A stretch of 64,000 nucleotides of DNA from an uncultured Gemmatimonadaceae bacterium (GTDB lineage: Bacteria; Gemmatimonadota; Gemmatimonadetes; Gemmatimonadales; Gemmatimonadaceae). Below are positions 21,001 to 29,583 of this stretch, piece after piece. The DNA is taken from positions 2,464,001-2,528,000 of the forward strand of contig CAVUDW010000003.1 in NCBI GenBank assembly GCA_963740355.1, written 5' to 3'. The notes beneath the pieces are model-generated. The model was not told the DNA's origin. It saw only the letters and a program-made list of their open reading frames with translations, and did no database searches. The translations under genes were made by a program, and so were the position numbers. Within the stretch, counting starts at the first letter, position 1. Each line of letters opens with the position of its first letter.

Positions 21001-21170
21001 TTCGTGTAGGCACCAGTCGTGGTACCGACCAGCTGCACACTCACATTGCTGAGCGGTGCGCCGCTCCCTTCTTCTGTAACCTTGCCGCTGATGCGCCGTT
21101 GCGCGAGCAGCTCGCCTGCCGCTAGCGCCAACAGCGCCAGTACGGTGGCTCCCCGACGGATGAGACTCAC
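18048..21170 (-). CDS. SusC/RagA family TonB-dependent transporter (copy 2)
   Basis: Same length (1040 aa) as and near-identical to copy 1; GTG start with GGAG RBS. Confidence 0.93.
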   Translation of the reverse strand: MSLIRRGATVLALLALAAGELLAQRRISGKVTEEGSGAPLSNVSVQLVGTTTGAYTNDAGTFSLMVPNGAVSLRVRRIGYTLKTVLVPAGGSSVDVSLKKDVLQLEGIVVTGQQGTLERKNAATAVVSVGGEALAAVPSNSLDQALQGKVVGARINLNSGAPGGGGQIQIRGVTSILGNGQPLFVIDGVIMSNTSIASGANSITGAGGGIATNQDNPTNRLADMNPSEIEDIQVLKGAAAASLYGSRATNGVILITTKRGKAGAPKWSFSQRVGQSTALRTVGQRRFQDTTAAISAAGLFGGPNGEAVFRQIYAANGNTIPYNDFSAQLFGEKGFGYNTALSVSGGTADGGTRYLASVGRQLEGGIAINTNALRDNARINIDHNVSSRLSAKLDLGITRNNANRAISNNDNSNTSPGYNFGYTPSFFDQRTRDAQGNFPVNPYAGGGGITGSNPFATYTYIKNTEDVNRFIGSGSLSYQAIQSAANRLRFEYLAGVDQFDQDNQIYSPNFLQYEGNDGLLGTAVQSNAISRQLNQRLSLSYDFTPSNMPFSLSTVAGITEEQQRLNQYRVQARGLIPGITNVNQGTQATIQAKQKEIDQAWYVQQSILAFDEKLYLSGSLRGDRSSDNGDFKKFYTYPAVQGSYRFVNALPHLDEFKLRASWGETGNRPTYGARFITLSGTGLINGGNGLGVNGSLGNPNIFPERKKETEYGFDARGFNGRVGVEFTYFDAKIVDQFLQRPLALSSGISTEFFNGGSLRNKGTEVALTIEPIRAKGFSWVSRTSFQRIRNKVESLPIAPFNAASTGFGAAFGRARIAQGVSTTAIWGNKPIFIARTGLPDSVITRDTIVGDATPDHEMFFSNNFTVGRFSLGIQLDWRKGGDLSNLSNNLFDEGQNSRDYDAPSPCRNGSSTMIMCRKSNGTNLISYVDTSATAILGEYRYDLWNGGRNATSYVQDGSFVKLREVSLTYAVPAKFTQRYLGTRFSDVRLNLTGRNLHTWTKYWGADPEVNNFGSNNVGRFVDLAPFPPTKNFSFGVDFGF

Positions 21171-21256
21171 AGACTATTCTCCGGAGTTAGTGACACTTTC
21201 AACCAAACACACATGTCGACGCCAATCGACGTCGCTCGAGTGGTGCTGGCCGACAC

Positions 21257-21285
21257 AGATTCGTTGCCGTGTACTCGCGTGTCAA
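21257..21285 (-). promoter_or_regulatory. Putative sigma70 promoter of susC copy 2
   Basis: TTGACA-N17-GAATCT with the -35 about 115 nt before the start. Confidence 0.55.
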
Positions 21286-21631
21286 CGAGAGCGTTGACCA
21301 AAAAACCGAGCGATCAGGCCGCACATCGTAACGAGTGCTGATACATCGCTGATATATTTTCGCCTCAGCAATTCTGGCATATCAGCGAATGTGCTGTAGA
21401 CAATGCTGATGTATCAAAGGTCTGCCAAAATCGCGCAGAAATATCAGGTGCGGACGCAACAGTTTTCTTGCTGGTGATGTGTCAGGAACAACACGCGCCA
21501 CCCGCGAATTCCGGATAGCGGCCCGTGCCGTGCGCCACCTCGCTGATCATCACGCACTCCGCGGTGACTGTCGCGCCACCCGCCGAGCTTCGTCGCCACG
21601 CATCGCACCGCCGCATCGCGCGCAACGGCGA

Positions 21632-22156
21632 TCAACCGCGCAGCGTGACCTCGCACAACAGCGTCGCCGGCTGCGGCTCGCGTGTCGCATACGCCTGGAT
21701 CCGATCGATGCGAATCGGTGCCCGCACCCGAAAGCGACGCGCCGACTGCCACGCCTCGTCCGTCATCGTGCGAAAGAAGTGCACCGTGCAATGCGGCGTG
21801 AACGCGAACTTCGGGGCCGCGAATGGCAGGCCACAGGTTGCGATCCTGTCGTGCAACCAGCGCACCGAGCCATGCACCGGAAGCGGCAACATGATGATGT
21901 TCGTGGCGGGGAATCGCTCTGGCGCACCGAAGACGAAGTCCAGTGGTGCCACCGCATCGCCCACGCGAGTCAGCGCCTCGGTCAATTCCGCGACAGGCGT
22001 GCCAAGTGGCAGCGTGCCCACACCACTCGACCCGGCCAGCGTGACATGCGGCCGAAACAACGCCGCGAACTTCGGATCGAGCTTGCGCTGCAACGCCGCG
22101 ATCCGATCCGCCTCAGGCCCGAACAGGTCTGCGACGATGAAGATCCCGTCAGCCAT
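21632..22156 (-). CDS. 2H phosphoesterase (2'-5' RNA ligase/LigT-like family)
   Basis: Two HxT motifs, PHVTL and PHCTV. Confidence 0.85.
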   Translation of the reverse strand: MADGIFIVADLFGPEADRIAALQRKLDPKFAALFRPHVTLAGSSGVGTLPLGTPVAELTEALTRVGDAVAPLDFVFGAPERFPATNIIMLPLPVHGSVRWLHDRIATCGLPFAAPKFAFTPHCTVHFFRTMTDEAWQSARRFRVRAPIRIDRIQAYATREPQPATLLCEVTLRG

Positions 22157-22165
22157 CGCGCGGGC

Positions 22166-22987
22166 TCACTGCTTCAGAAATGTGCGATCGATCCGGCTGT
22201 TCGGGTGCGCATCATGCCAGCGGCGCACCACCACGGCGCTCAGCATGCCGACGGCCGCACCGCTCACCACGTCGGACATCCAGTGTTGTCGATCACGCAC
22301 ACGACTCGCCCCGGTCAGCGCGGCCAGCGAGTACACCAACGGCGGACCCACCGTCTTCCAGCCACTCATCCCTTGCCGACGCCACTCGGCCGCCAGCGAC
22401 ACAGCCGCCGCGGCCGACAGCGCCGTGTGCCCGCTGGCGAAACTCCGCGTGCTGTCGCTGCGGAATCCGCCGAACAGATCCCAGTGCGTCGGGCTGTGAT
22501 CGGCAGTGGCGAATGGACGCGTGCGGCCTGCGATCATCTTGATGGCCGAGATGGTGACGCCGCTGAGGATCACCGACTCGGTGGTGCGCAGTCCGAGGAC
22601 CGCAGTGCCTGAGTCACCGCGCACACGTCCCAGCAGCCACGTCGCTGGCCCAATCGCGACCGAGACCTTGCTGCCCATCACATCGCCGACATCCGAGAAG
22701 TGGCGCAGGGTGGCATCGCCGCTCACGCCTGGACGTCGCGCCCAGGCATCGCCGCGCCGATCGGCGGTGGCGACGATCAGGGCCAGTGCCGCCATGCCCC
22801 CCAGCTTCACGCCATCGGTGCGGCGAAGTCCGAGTGTGGCGTAGTGATACGTCGCACCGACGGGCGCGACCGCGGCGCCAAGCGGCTGCGCCATCACGCG
22901 TGTCCCCGTCACACCGCTCAACATGGCGACCAGGCCGAATCCCGCGGTCAGTGGTCGAGCCGCCGTGCGAGCGCATCGCAGCATCAT
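22166..22987 (-). CDS. PAP2 family phosphatase
   Basis: KMIAGRTRP, SF.SGH and SRVRDRQHWMSDV motifs; ATG at 22987 overlaps the SET gene stop (ATGA). Confidence 0.88.
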   Translation of the reverse strand: MMLRCARTAARPLTAGFGLVAMLSGVTGTRVMAQPLGAAVAPVGATYHYATLGLRRTDGVKLGGMAALALIVATADRRGDAWARRPGVSGDATLRHFSDVGDVMGSKVSVAIGPATWLLGRVRGDSGTAVLGLRTTESVILSGVTISAIKMIAGRTRPFATADHSPTHWDLFGGFRSDSTRSFASGHTALSAAAAVSLAAEWRRQGMSGWKTVGPPLVYSLAALTGASRVRDRQHWMSDVVSGAAVGMLSAVVVRRWHDAHPNSRIDRTFLKQ

Positions 22988-23802
22988 TTCTGGCCCTTCT
23001 TCCCCTGTGTACCGGCCTTCTTCGCGGCCCCCTTTTTCGCCCCGCCTTTCTTCGCCGCACCCTTCTTTGCGGCACCCTTCTTCGCTGACCCCTTCTCGGC
23101 GTGCTTCTTCGCGGCCTTCTTGGCAGCTTTTTTGTCCGCCTTTTTGGCCGAGTGCTTCGCGGCGTGCGCGGCTGGCAAATCGGTGTGGGTGTCTGCGTCC
23201 TGCTTCCGCGACGCTTCCTTTTCCTGCTGCTTCTCTTCGTCGCGATTCGCCTTGCCGTCCAGCTTTTCCTGCTTCGACTTCTTGTCCTTCTTGTTCTTCT
23301 TGTCCTTCTTCTTCTTGTCCTTCTTCGTCTCCTTCAGCGGCGCCATGATCGTGCCGCGACACTTCGGCGACCCGCAGCGACAGACGTACAGCTTGAGATC
23401 CGCCTCAGTGTGCTCCGGCGTCCGCTCGTAGGCGTAGTCGTAGAGCAATTCGGTGCCTTCCTCGATCGTCTTCAGCGCACCGATGAACACGCGGCCGTCT
23501 TCCTCCTCGACCGCTTCGCAATTCGGGTCGCAGGAGTGATTGATGTACTTCGCCGGCCAGTCGATCGGCCCTGCATCCAGCACTCGCGAACCATCGCCGA
23601 TCGAGAACAGGAAGGTGTGATGCCGCCCCATCTCGTCGTCCGGATACCGGATGTCGGATTCCGCCTCGTCAATGCACTCACCGAGATATTCGATGATACG
23701 TGCACCCTTTTTGATACGACGAGTGGCGAAGGCACCCTTACCTTGGATCTTGGAGGTCCGGATGGCGAAGGCGAGCTTGCGAGTTCCTGCGAAGTGAGCC
23801 AC
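22984..23802 (-). CDS. SET-domain protein-lysine methyltransferase with post-SET zinc motif and histone-H1-like Lys/Ala tail
   Basis: IQGKGAFA, EYLGE, YINHSCDPN, ELLYDY and CRCGSPKCRG motifs, then about 118 aa with about 42 Lys including GAAKK repeats. Confidence 0.92.
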   Translation of the reverse strand: MAHFAGTRKLAFAIRTSKIQGKGAFATRRIKKGARIIEYLGECIDEAESDIRYPDDEMGRHHTFLFSIGDGSRVLDAGPIDWPAKYINHSCDPNCEAVEEEDGRVFIGALKTIEEGTELLYDYAYERTPEHTEADLKLYVCRCGSPKCRGTIMAPLKETKKDKKKKDKKNKKDKKSKQEKLDGKANRDEEKQQEKEASRKQDADTHTDLPAAHAAKHSAKKADKKAAKKAAKKHAEKGSAKKGAAKKGAAKKGGAKKGAAKKAGTQGKKGQK

Positions 23803-24175
23803 GGATGGAAGACTGAAGTGATGACAAAAGTGCAGGCTGGAACAGCGACGATGGCGCGCTGACCGGCGTTGTCGTGGTCTGCGGCGACGTGCGGAGAATA
23901 GTCGCCTTCGCCATGTCGGTCACATGCCGGGCATATGTCCGCCAGCGGGACAGAACTACGAATTCTTGTTTGACAACCGTTTTCTCGCGCGATCCGCCGG
24001 CACCAACCGGTCCCCCAGAGCGCTTGCACCTCGTACGAGCAGCACACGCGAGCAACACACGCTTGCAACACACACGATCACGCAGCGCTACCTCGACATG
24101 CTACGTTCCTAACAGTGCCCGACTTGCGGTAAAGTCGAGCTCGTCAGCGCGACGATGCGCCCCCACGAGTCCCCC

Positions 24176-25186
24176 ATGCGTCTGTTTTCGCTCGACCCTG
24201 CCAGCCCCGATCCGGTCATCATCGCCGACGCCGCGGCACGTCTCCGCGCAGGAGAACTGGTCGCCTTCCCCACCGAGACGGTCTACGGCCTGGGCGCCAA
24301 CGCCCTCGATGCCGACGCGGTCGCCGGCATTTTCTCGGCCAAGGGACGCCCGTCGTACAACCCGGTGATCGTGCATGTGCCGCACACCGAGGCGGCGCGA
24401 CGGGTGGTGACGGAATGGCCGGACGCCGCCGCCAAGCTGGCCGCCGCCTTCTGGCCCGGACCACTCACCATGGTCCTCCCGAAGTCCCCGGATGTGCCAG
24501 ACAGCGTCTCGGCCGGCCTGCCGATGATCGGCGTTCGTGTCCCGGCGCACCCGATCGCCCTCGCGCTCCTCCGCGCCGCCGGTGTGCCGGTCGCCGCACC
24601 CAGCGCCAACAAGAGCAACCAGCTCTCCCCCACCTCCGCCGAACACGTAGCCCGCGGTCTGGCCGATGTCGAAGGCACGCTCCTCGACGGCGGCCCCTGC
24701 GAGGTGGGCATCGAAAGCACGGTGGTCGACCTCAGTACCGATCCGCCCACGCTGCTGCGCCCAGGTGGCCTCTCGGTCGCCGCCATGGAATCGGTGCTGG
24801 GCGTCAGGCTGCAGCGCCAGACCACGGTCGCCACAGGCGAGACTCCGCGCCGCTCACCCGGCGCCCTCGAACGGCATTACGCCCCGCGCGCAAAGGTGCG
24901 CATGGTCCCCGCCGCCGACGCGGTCGCCCTCGCCACCACCATAGACGCGCTCCGCGGCGACGGTGTCATCATCGGCGTGGTGGCCTACTCCGACTACGAC
25001 CTCCCCTTCCGCGAGGATGTCGTGGTCCGCCAGCTCCCAAGCCGCGCCGAACCGTACGCCAGCGTGCTCTTCGCCGCCTTGCACGAGCTGGATGACGTGG
25101 GCGTGACCGCGATCGTGGTCGAAGCGGTGCCGGATCTGCCGATCTGGGACGCCGTGCGCGACCGACTCAAGCGCGCATCGACATAA
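24176..25186 (+). CDS. tsaC: L-threonylcarbamoyladenylate synthase (Sua5-type, with C-terminal SUA5 domain)
   Basis: VAFPTETVYGLGA, KGRP..NP.IVH, FWPGPLT, APSAN, GIESTVVD and HYAP motifs; alternative start at 24155. Confidence 0.93.
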   Translation: MRLFSLDPASPDPVIIADAAARLRAGELVAFPTETVYGLGANALDADAVAGIFSAKGRPSYNPVIVHVPHTEAARRVVTEWPDAAAKLAAAFWPGPLTMVLPKSPDVPDSVSAGLPMIGVRVPAHPIALALLRAAGVPVAAPSANKSNQLSPTSAEHVARGLADVEGTLLDGGPCEVGIESTVVDLSTDPPTLLRPGGLSVAAMESVLGVRLQRQTTVATGETPRRSPGALERHYAPRAKVRMVPAADAVALATTIDALRGDGVIIGVVAYSDYDLPFREDVVVRQLPSRAEPYASVLFAALHELDDVGVTAIVVEAVPDLPIWDAVRDRLKRAST

Positions 25187-25240
25187 TCGACTCGACCTCC
25201 AGCATGCGGCGCCGGCCTCAGCGCACTTAGTTTGCTCCCC

Positions 25241-26140
25241 ATGCTGCCCATCAATCTCTCTGGCAAGCGCGCGCTGGTCGCCGGCGTCGCTGACGACAAC
25301 GGCTTCGGCTTCGCGATCGCGAAGGCCCTCGCCTCAGCCGGTGCCTCGGTCTGCGTGGCCACCTGGCCCCCCGCGCTCAACATCTTCCTCAACCTGATCG
25401 AACGCGGGAAGATGGACGATTCACGTCGCATGGCGGACGGATCGCTCCTCACCTTCGAGCGCATCTACCCGCTCGACGCGGTCTACGACTCGCTCGACCA
25501 GGCCCCCGAAGAGGTACGCGAGAACAAGCGCTACAAGGAGGTCGGCGACTTCAGCATCGATGGCCTCGTGAAGCGCTTCACCGACGACTTCGGCGAGAAG
25601 CCGATCGACATCCTGGTGCATTCACTCGCCAACGGCCCGGAAGTGAAGAAGCCGCTCCTCGAAGTCTCGCGGAACGGCTACCTCGCTGCTGTCAGCGCCA
25701 GCGCCTACTCGATGGTCAGCATGGTGCAGCGCTTCGGCCCGATCATGCGGGAAGGTGGCTCGTTCAACTCGCTCACCTACATGGCCAGCGAACGCGCGAT
25801 TCCAGGCTATGGCGGCGGCATGTCGAGCTCGAAGGCCGCGCTCGAATCCGACACTCGCCTGCTGGCCTTCGAGGCCGGACGGAAGTGGGGCGTGCGCGTG
25901 AACACGATCTCTGCCGGCCCCCTCGCGTCACGCGCAGCCAGCGCGATCGGCATCATCGAGAAGATGGTCGAGTACTGCGCTGAAAATTCGCCCCTGCCCG
26001 ATGCCTTGACGGCGATGGATGTCGGCAACACCGCGGCCTTCCTCGCCTCCGACCTCGCCAAGGGCATCACCGCCACGACGGTCTACGTCGACAAGGGCTA
26101 TCACTCGATGGGCATGGGCGCCAACGCCACCAAGCGCTGA
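25241..26140 (+). CDS. fabI: Enoyl-ACP reductase FabI, plastid/Chlamydia-type
   Basis: [46 protein letters not shown] and [11 protein letters not shown] motifs. Confidence 0.93.
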   Translation: MLPINLSGKRALVAGVADDNGFGFAIAKALASAGASVCVATWPPALNIFLNLIERGKMDDSRRMADGSLLTFERIYPLDAVYDSLDQAPEEVRENKRYKEVGDFSIDGLVKRFTDDFGEKPIDILVHSLANGPEVKKPLLEVSRNGYLAAVSASAYSMVSMVQRFGPIMREGGSFNSLTYMASERAIPGYGGGMSSSKAALESDTRLLAFEAGRKWGVRVNTISAGPLASRAASAIGIIEKMVEYCAENSPLPDALTAMDVGNTAAFLASDLAKGITATTVYVDKGYHSMGMGANATKR

Positions 26141-26328
26141 TGCACCGCATTACCCGACGGTAGAAACGTCGTACGCGCCCGGCCTGGATTCGTCCCGGCC
26201 GGGCGCGCTGCCATCTGCTCCACCGTCCGGCACATCGCCGGGCACCGAACAACGCTCCCGCACGCTTCAACGTATCGTTCGCCTGTGCCAGACCTGGCAC
26301 CATCGAATTTCTCCGCAGCCCCCGTTTC

Positions 26329-28906
26329 ATGTCCCGTTTCTCGTCCATTGCCGCACGTGGCGCCGCAGTTGTGGCGCTGGTGGGGTTCGCCGGCTGCAGC
26401 AAGCCGGCGCCGACCACCGCCCCGACGCCGGCACCGAGCACGCGCCCGACGACCCAGGCCCCCACCACGCCGACGCCCGGAGCACCGGGCGCGCCGACGA
26501 TCGGCAACCCGACCGCTGGTCAGGGTGGTGGCACACCCGCCGGTGCCAACGGCGATCCGACGCCACGCCCGTACGCGAACGTCATCACGCCACGCGCACG
26601 CACCCGAAAGGGCCTCTTCAGCACCCACGTGCTGGGCAGCCGCCTCTACTTCGAGATCCCGGCGAAGGAGATGGGCAAGGACATGATGCTGGTCGCGAGC
26701 CTCAAGGGCACGCCCGCCGGTATCGGCATTCGCGGCACACTGGGCAACAACGCGCTGCTCCGCTTCGAGCGGAAGGACAACCGCGTGCTGGTCCGCGCCG
26801 TCAACTACCGCAACGTCTCCAGCGACACCGCGAACCGCATCAATCGCGCGATGCCGATCATCCAGTACTACCCGGTGATCGCCGCCTTCAACATCGAAGC
26901 CTACGGCCAGGATAGCGCCGCCGTCATCGATGTGACGCGCATGTTCACCGGCGGCGTGCAGGAACTGACGGCCTTCGGTCAGCGGGTCGCGGTCGATCCG
27001 ACGCGTTCGTTCATCGAGCGCGCCGTGGCCTTCACCAACAACGTCGAAGTCGAAGCATCGCAGACGTTCACGCCTGCGGCCGCTCCGACCGCTGCCCCGC
27101 AGGGTTTCGGCGGCGGCGCCCCGGCCGGTGCCACGACCGAGCTCTATCACTTCTCAATCGTCAAGCTGCCGGATGACCCGATGCAGCCGCGCTTCTGGGA
27201 TGAACGCGTGATCTGGTTCCGCAGCGCAGCACAGGATTTCGGCTCGTCGCAGCAGCGCGTACCGGATCGTGTCTTCATCAACCGCTGGCGCCTGGTGAAG
27301 AAGGACCCGAACGCCGCCCTCAGCGAGCCGGTGAAGCCGATCACGTATTACGTCGATCCGGCCACGCCGCTCTGGCTGCAGCCGTGGGTGAAGAAGGGCA
27401 TCGAGGAATGGCAGGCAGCCTTCGAACAGGCTGGCTTCAAGAACGCGATCGTCGCCAAGGATGCCCCGAACGATCCTGATTTCAGCGGCGAAGACGCGAG
27501 CGTCTCGATGGTCCGCTGGTTGCCGACCCCGGTGCAGAACGCCGTCGGGCCAAGCACGGTCGATCCGCGCACCGGCGAGATCCTCGACGCCGATGTGCAG
27601 ATGTACCACAACATCATGTCGCTCCAGCGCACCTGGTACTTCTCACAGGTTGGTCACCTCGACCCGCGCTCGCAGTCGCTGCAGTTCCCCGACTCGCTCA
27701 TGGGCCGCCTGATCCAGTTCGTGGTCGCCCACGAAGTCGGCCACACGCTCGGCTTTCCGCACAACATGAAGGCGAGCTCGATGTACCCGCTCGACAGCAT
27801 CCGCAACGCGAGCTTCGTGAAGCGCATGGGCCACTCGCCCAGCATCATGGACTACGCGCGCTTCAACTACGTCGCGCAGCCGGAAGACAACATCGCGCTC
27901 GCCGACCTCGTCCCGCGCGTCGGTACCTACGACACCTTCGCCGTGAAGTGGGGCTACACGCCGATCCCCGGCGCCAAGACGCCGGAAGCAGAAAAGCCGA
28001 CGCTCGATGCCTGGGCCCGTCAGCAGGACACGATCCCATGGTTCCGCAGCGCCGACGACCGCGGCATTCAGGGCGCCGATCCAGGCGAAGTGAACGAGGC
28101 AGTCGGCGATGCCGACGCCGTGCGCGCCACGGAATACGGTATCCGCAATCTGAAGCGCCTCGCCCCGATGGTCGAGAAGATCGGCGAATCGATTTCGGGC
28201 GAGGATTTCAGTGACGTGGCCGAGGTGTACAACGGCATCGTCGGGTCAGTGGCGCACGGAACTGGGTCACGTCACGCGCATCATCGGTGGCGTGAACCAC
28301 ACGGCCAAGGCCACCAGCCAGAAGGGCGATGTCTACGTACCAGTCAGCGGCGCTCGTCAGCGCGCTGCGATGAAGTTCCTGCAGGAGAACGCCTTCGAGA
28401 CGCCGACCTGGCTGCTCGACCCGTCGGTCCTGCGCAAGATCGAAGCATCGGGCAGCATCGATCGCATCGGCAACGCACAGGCCTCTGTCCTGGCCGCGCT
28501 GGTGAGCAACGATCGCATGGTCCGCATGATCGAACTCGACGCACTGCCGACCACCGGCGATCGCTACACGCTGCCGACGATGCTGACGGACCTCCGTCGC
28601 GGTGTCTGGAGCGAGATCTACGCCGGCAAGTCGATCGACGCCTACCGTCGTCGCCTGCAGCGTGTCTACCTCGAAGCGATGGCGGCCAAGATCAATCCGC
28701 CGGCGCCAAATCCAGCGCTGGCAGCCTTCGGCCTCGCCGGTCCGTCGGTCCGCGCCCTCGCCGATTTCCGCGGCCTGCTTCGCACCGAGATGCAGGACCT
28801 CTCGCGCGACCTCGCCTCCGCCGCGTCGCGCACCTCCGACCGCACCACCCGCGCGCACCTCGAAGACGCGCGCGACCAGATCAAGAAGATGCTCGACCCG
28901 AAGTAA
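26329..28906 (+). CDS. Zinc-dependent metalloprotease lipoprotein (DUF5118/DUF5117/EcxA-like) with an apparent +1 frameshift near 28244
   Basis: Lipobox FAGC; DPRTGEIL, HEVGHTLGFPHN and SIMDY (Met-turn) motifs; removing one G from gtcgggtcag joins ORF 26329 to ORF 28211..28906 (GIVGQWRTEL...). Confidence 0.85.
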
Positions 28907-28926
28907 TCGTTCGCAGTCGCAGTCTC

Positions 28927-28969
28927 ACGCGCCGGCATCGCTCTTCGGAGCCGTGCCGGCGCGTTTTTT
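28927..28969 (+). terminator. Intrinsic terminator
   Basis: acgcgccggca...tgccggcgcg-tttttt just after the 28906 stop, which supports that stop as the true gene end. Confidence 0.8.
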
Positions 28970-28987
28970 CTGGCCTTTCTCTGTTTG

Positions 28988-29470
28988 CGTCGACGCTACG
29001 CTAACGCCAGTCGGTCCACACTCTGCCGGTTCTGCGGCGACGCTGCGCTTACGCCTGACGGTCCACACTCCCTCACGCGGAGCCGCGGGGGACGCGGAGA
29101 CGCGGAGGACTGCCAAAGCACCCACGGCGACGCTGCGCTTACGCCCGGCGGTCCACCGTATCACGCGTTCGGGCGTACATGGCCGCCTCCCGTGTCGTCC
29201 GGTAGGCCGATTTGTTGGGAACTGCGCGCACAAAGCGTGGCCACCCACACCCCCTTCAAAGGCAGTTGCTCCTTGTCGGGTGTGGACCGCCCCGCCGCCC
29301 CAGGCGTCCGGTGCTGTCCTCCGCGTCTCCGCGTCCCCCGCGGCTCCGCGGGTTTGACCGTGTGGACCGCCGGCGCGGCACGCGCGCTTGAGTGTGTGGA
29401 CCGCCGGCGCGGCACGCGCGCTTGAGTGTGTGGACCGCCAGCGCGGTACGCGCGGTTAAGTGTGGACCAA
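28988..29470. repeat. Family 2 REP-like inverted pair plus ~34-bp tandem GTGTGGACCGCC units
   Basis: gcgacgctgcgcttacgcc..cggtccacac..tcacgcggagccgcgggggacgcggagacgcggag with the inverted arm at about 29315..29351; three gtgtggaccgcc(g/a)gcgcgg units plus a partial fourth from 29360. Confidence 0.85.
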
Positions 29471-29583
29471 AGCCGCCGGAACACCGATCCCCAAGCCCGA
29501 CTGACGCGACGGGCTTTGAGGGGTAGTTTCAGCGGCTCGGTCCAGCCTGACAGGACTGCATTCTCACGCCGCACCCACACGCA

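Noticed and set aside
11555..21170. Diversity-generating retroelement or invertase-driven shufflon acting on susCD
   Set aside because: No reverse transcriptase or recombinase nearby; differences are mostly synonymous and not adenine-specific; copies are in direct orientation
21171..21630. Cobalamin or TPP riboswitch upstream of the TonB-dependent transporters
   Set aside because: No recognisable B12-box or TPP core in either susC leader; an Rfam scan would settle this
22988..23362. Glu/Gly-rich N-terminal extension of the PAP2 ORF as an overlapping gene
   Set aside because: It is the alternative frame of the SET Lys-rich tail; the ATGA overlap at 22984..22987 gives a natural start
28247..29004. 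C-terminal part of the 891-aa ORF 26329..29004 as real protein, or a programmed frameshift
   Set aside because: Arg-rich nonsense after the indel; the protein-like C-terminus and terminator belong to the other frame; no slippery heptamer seen
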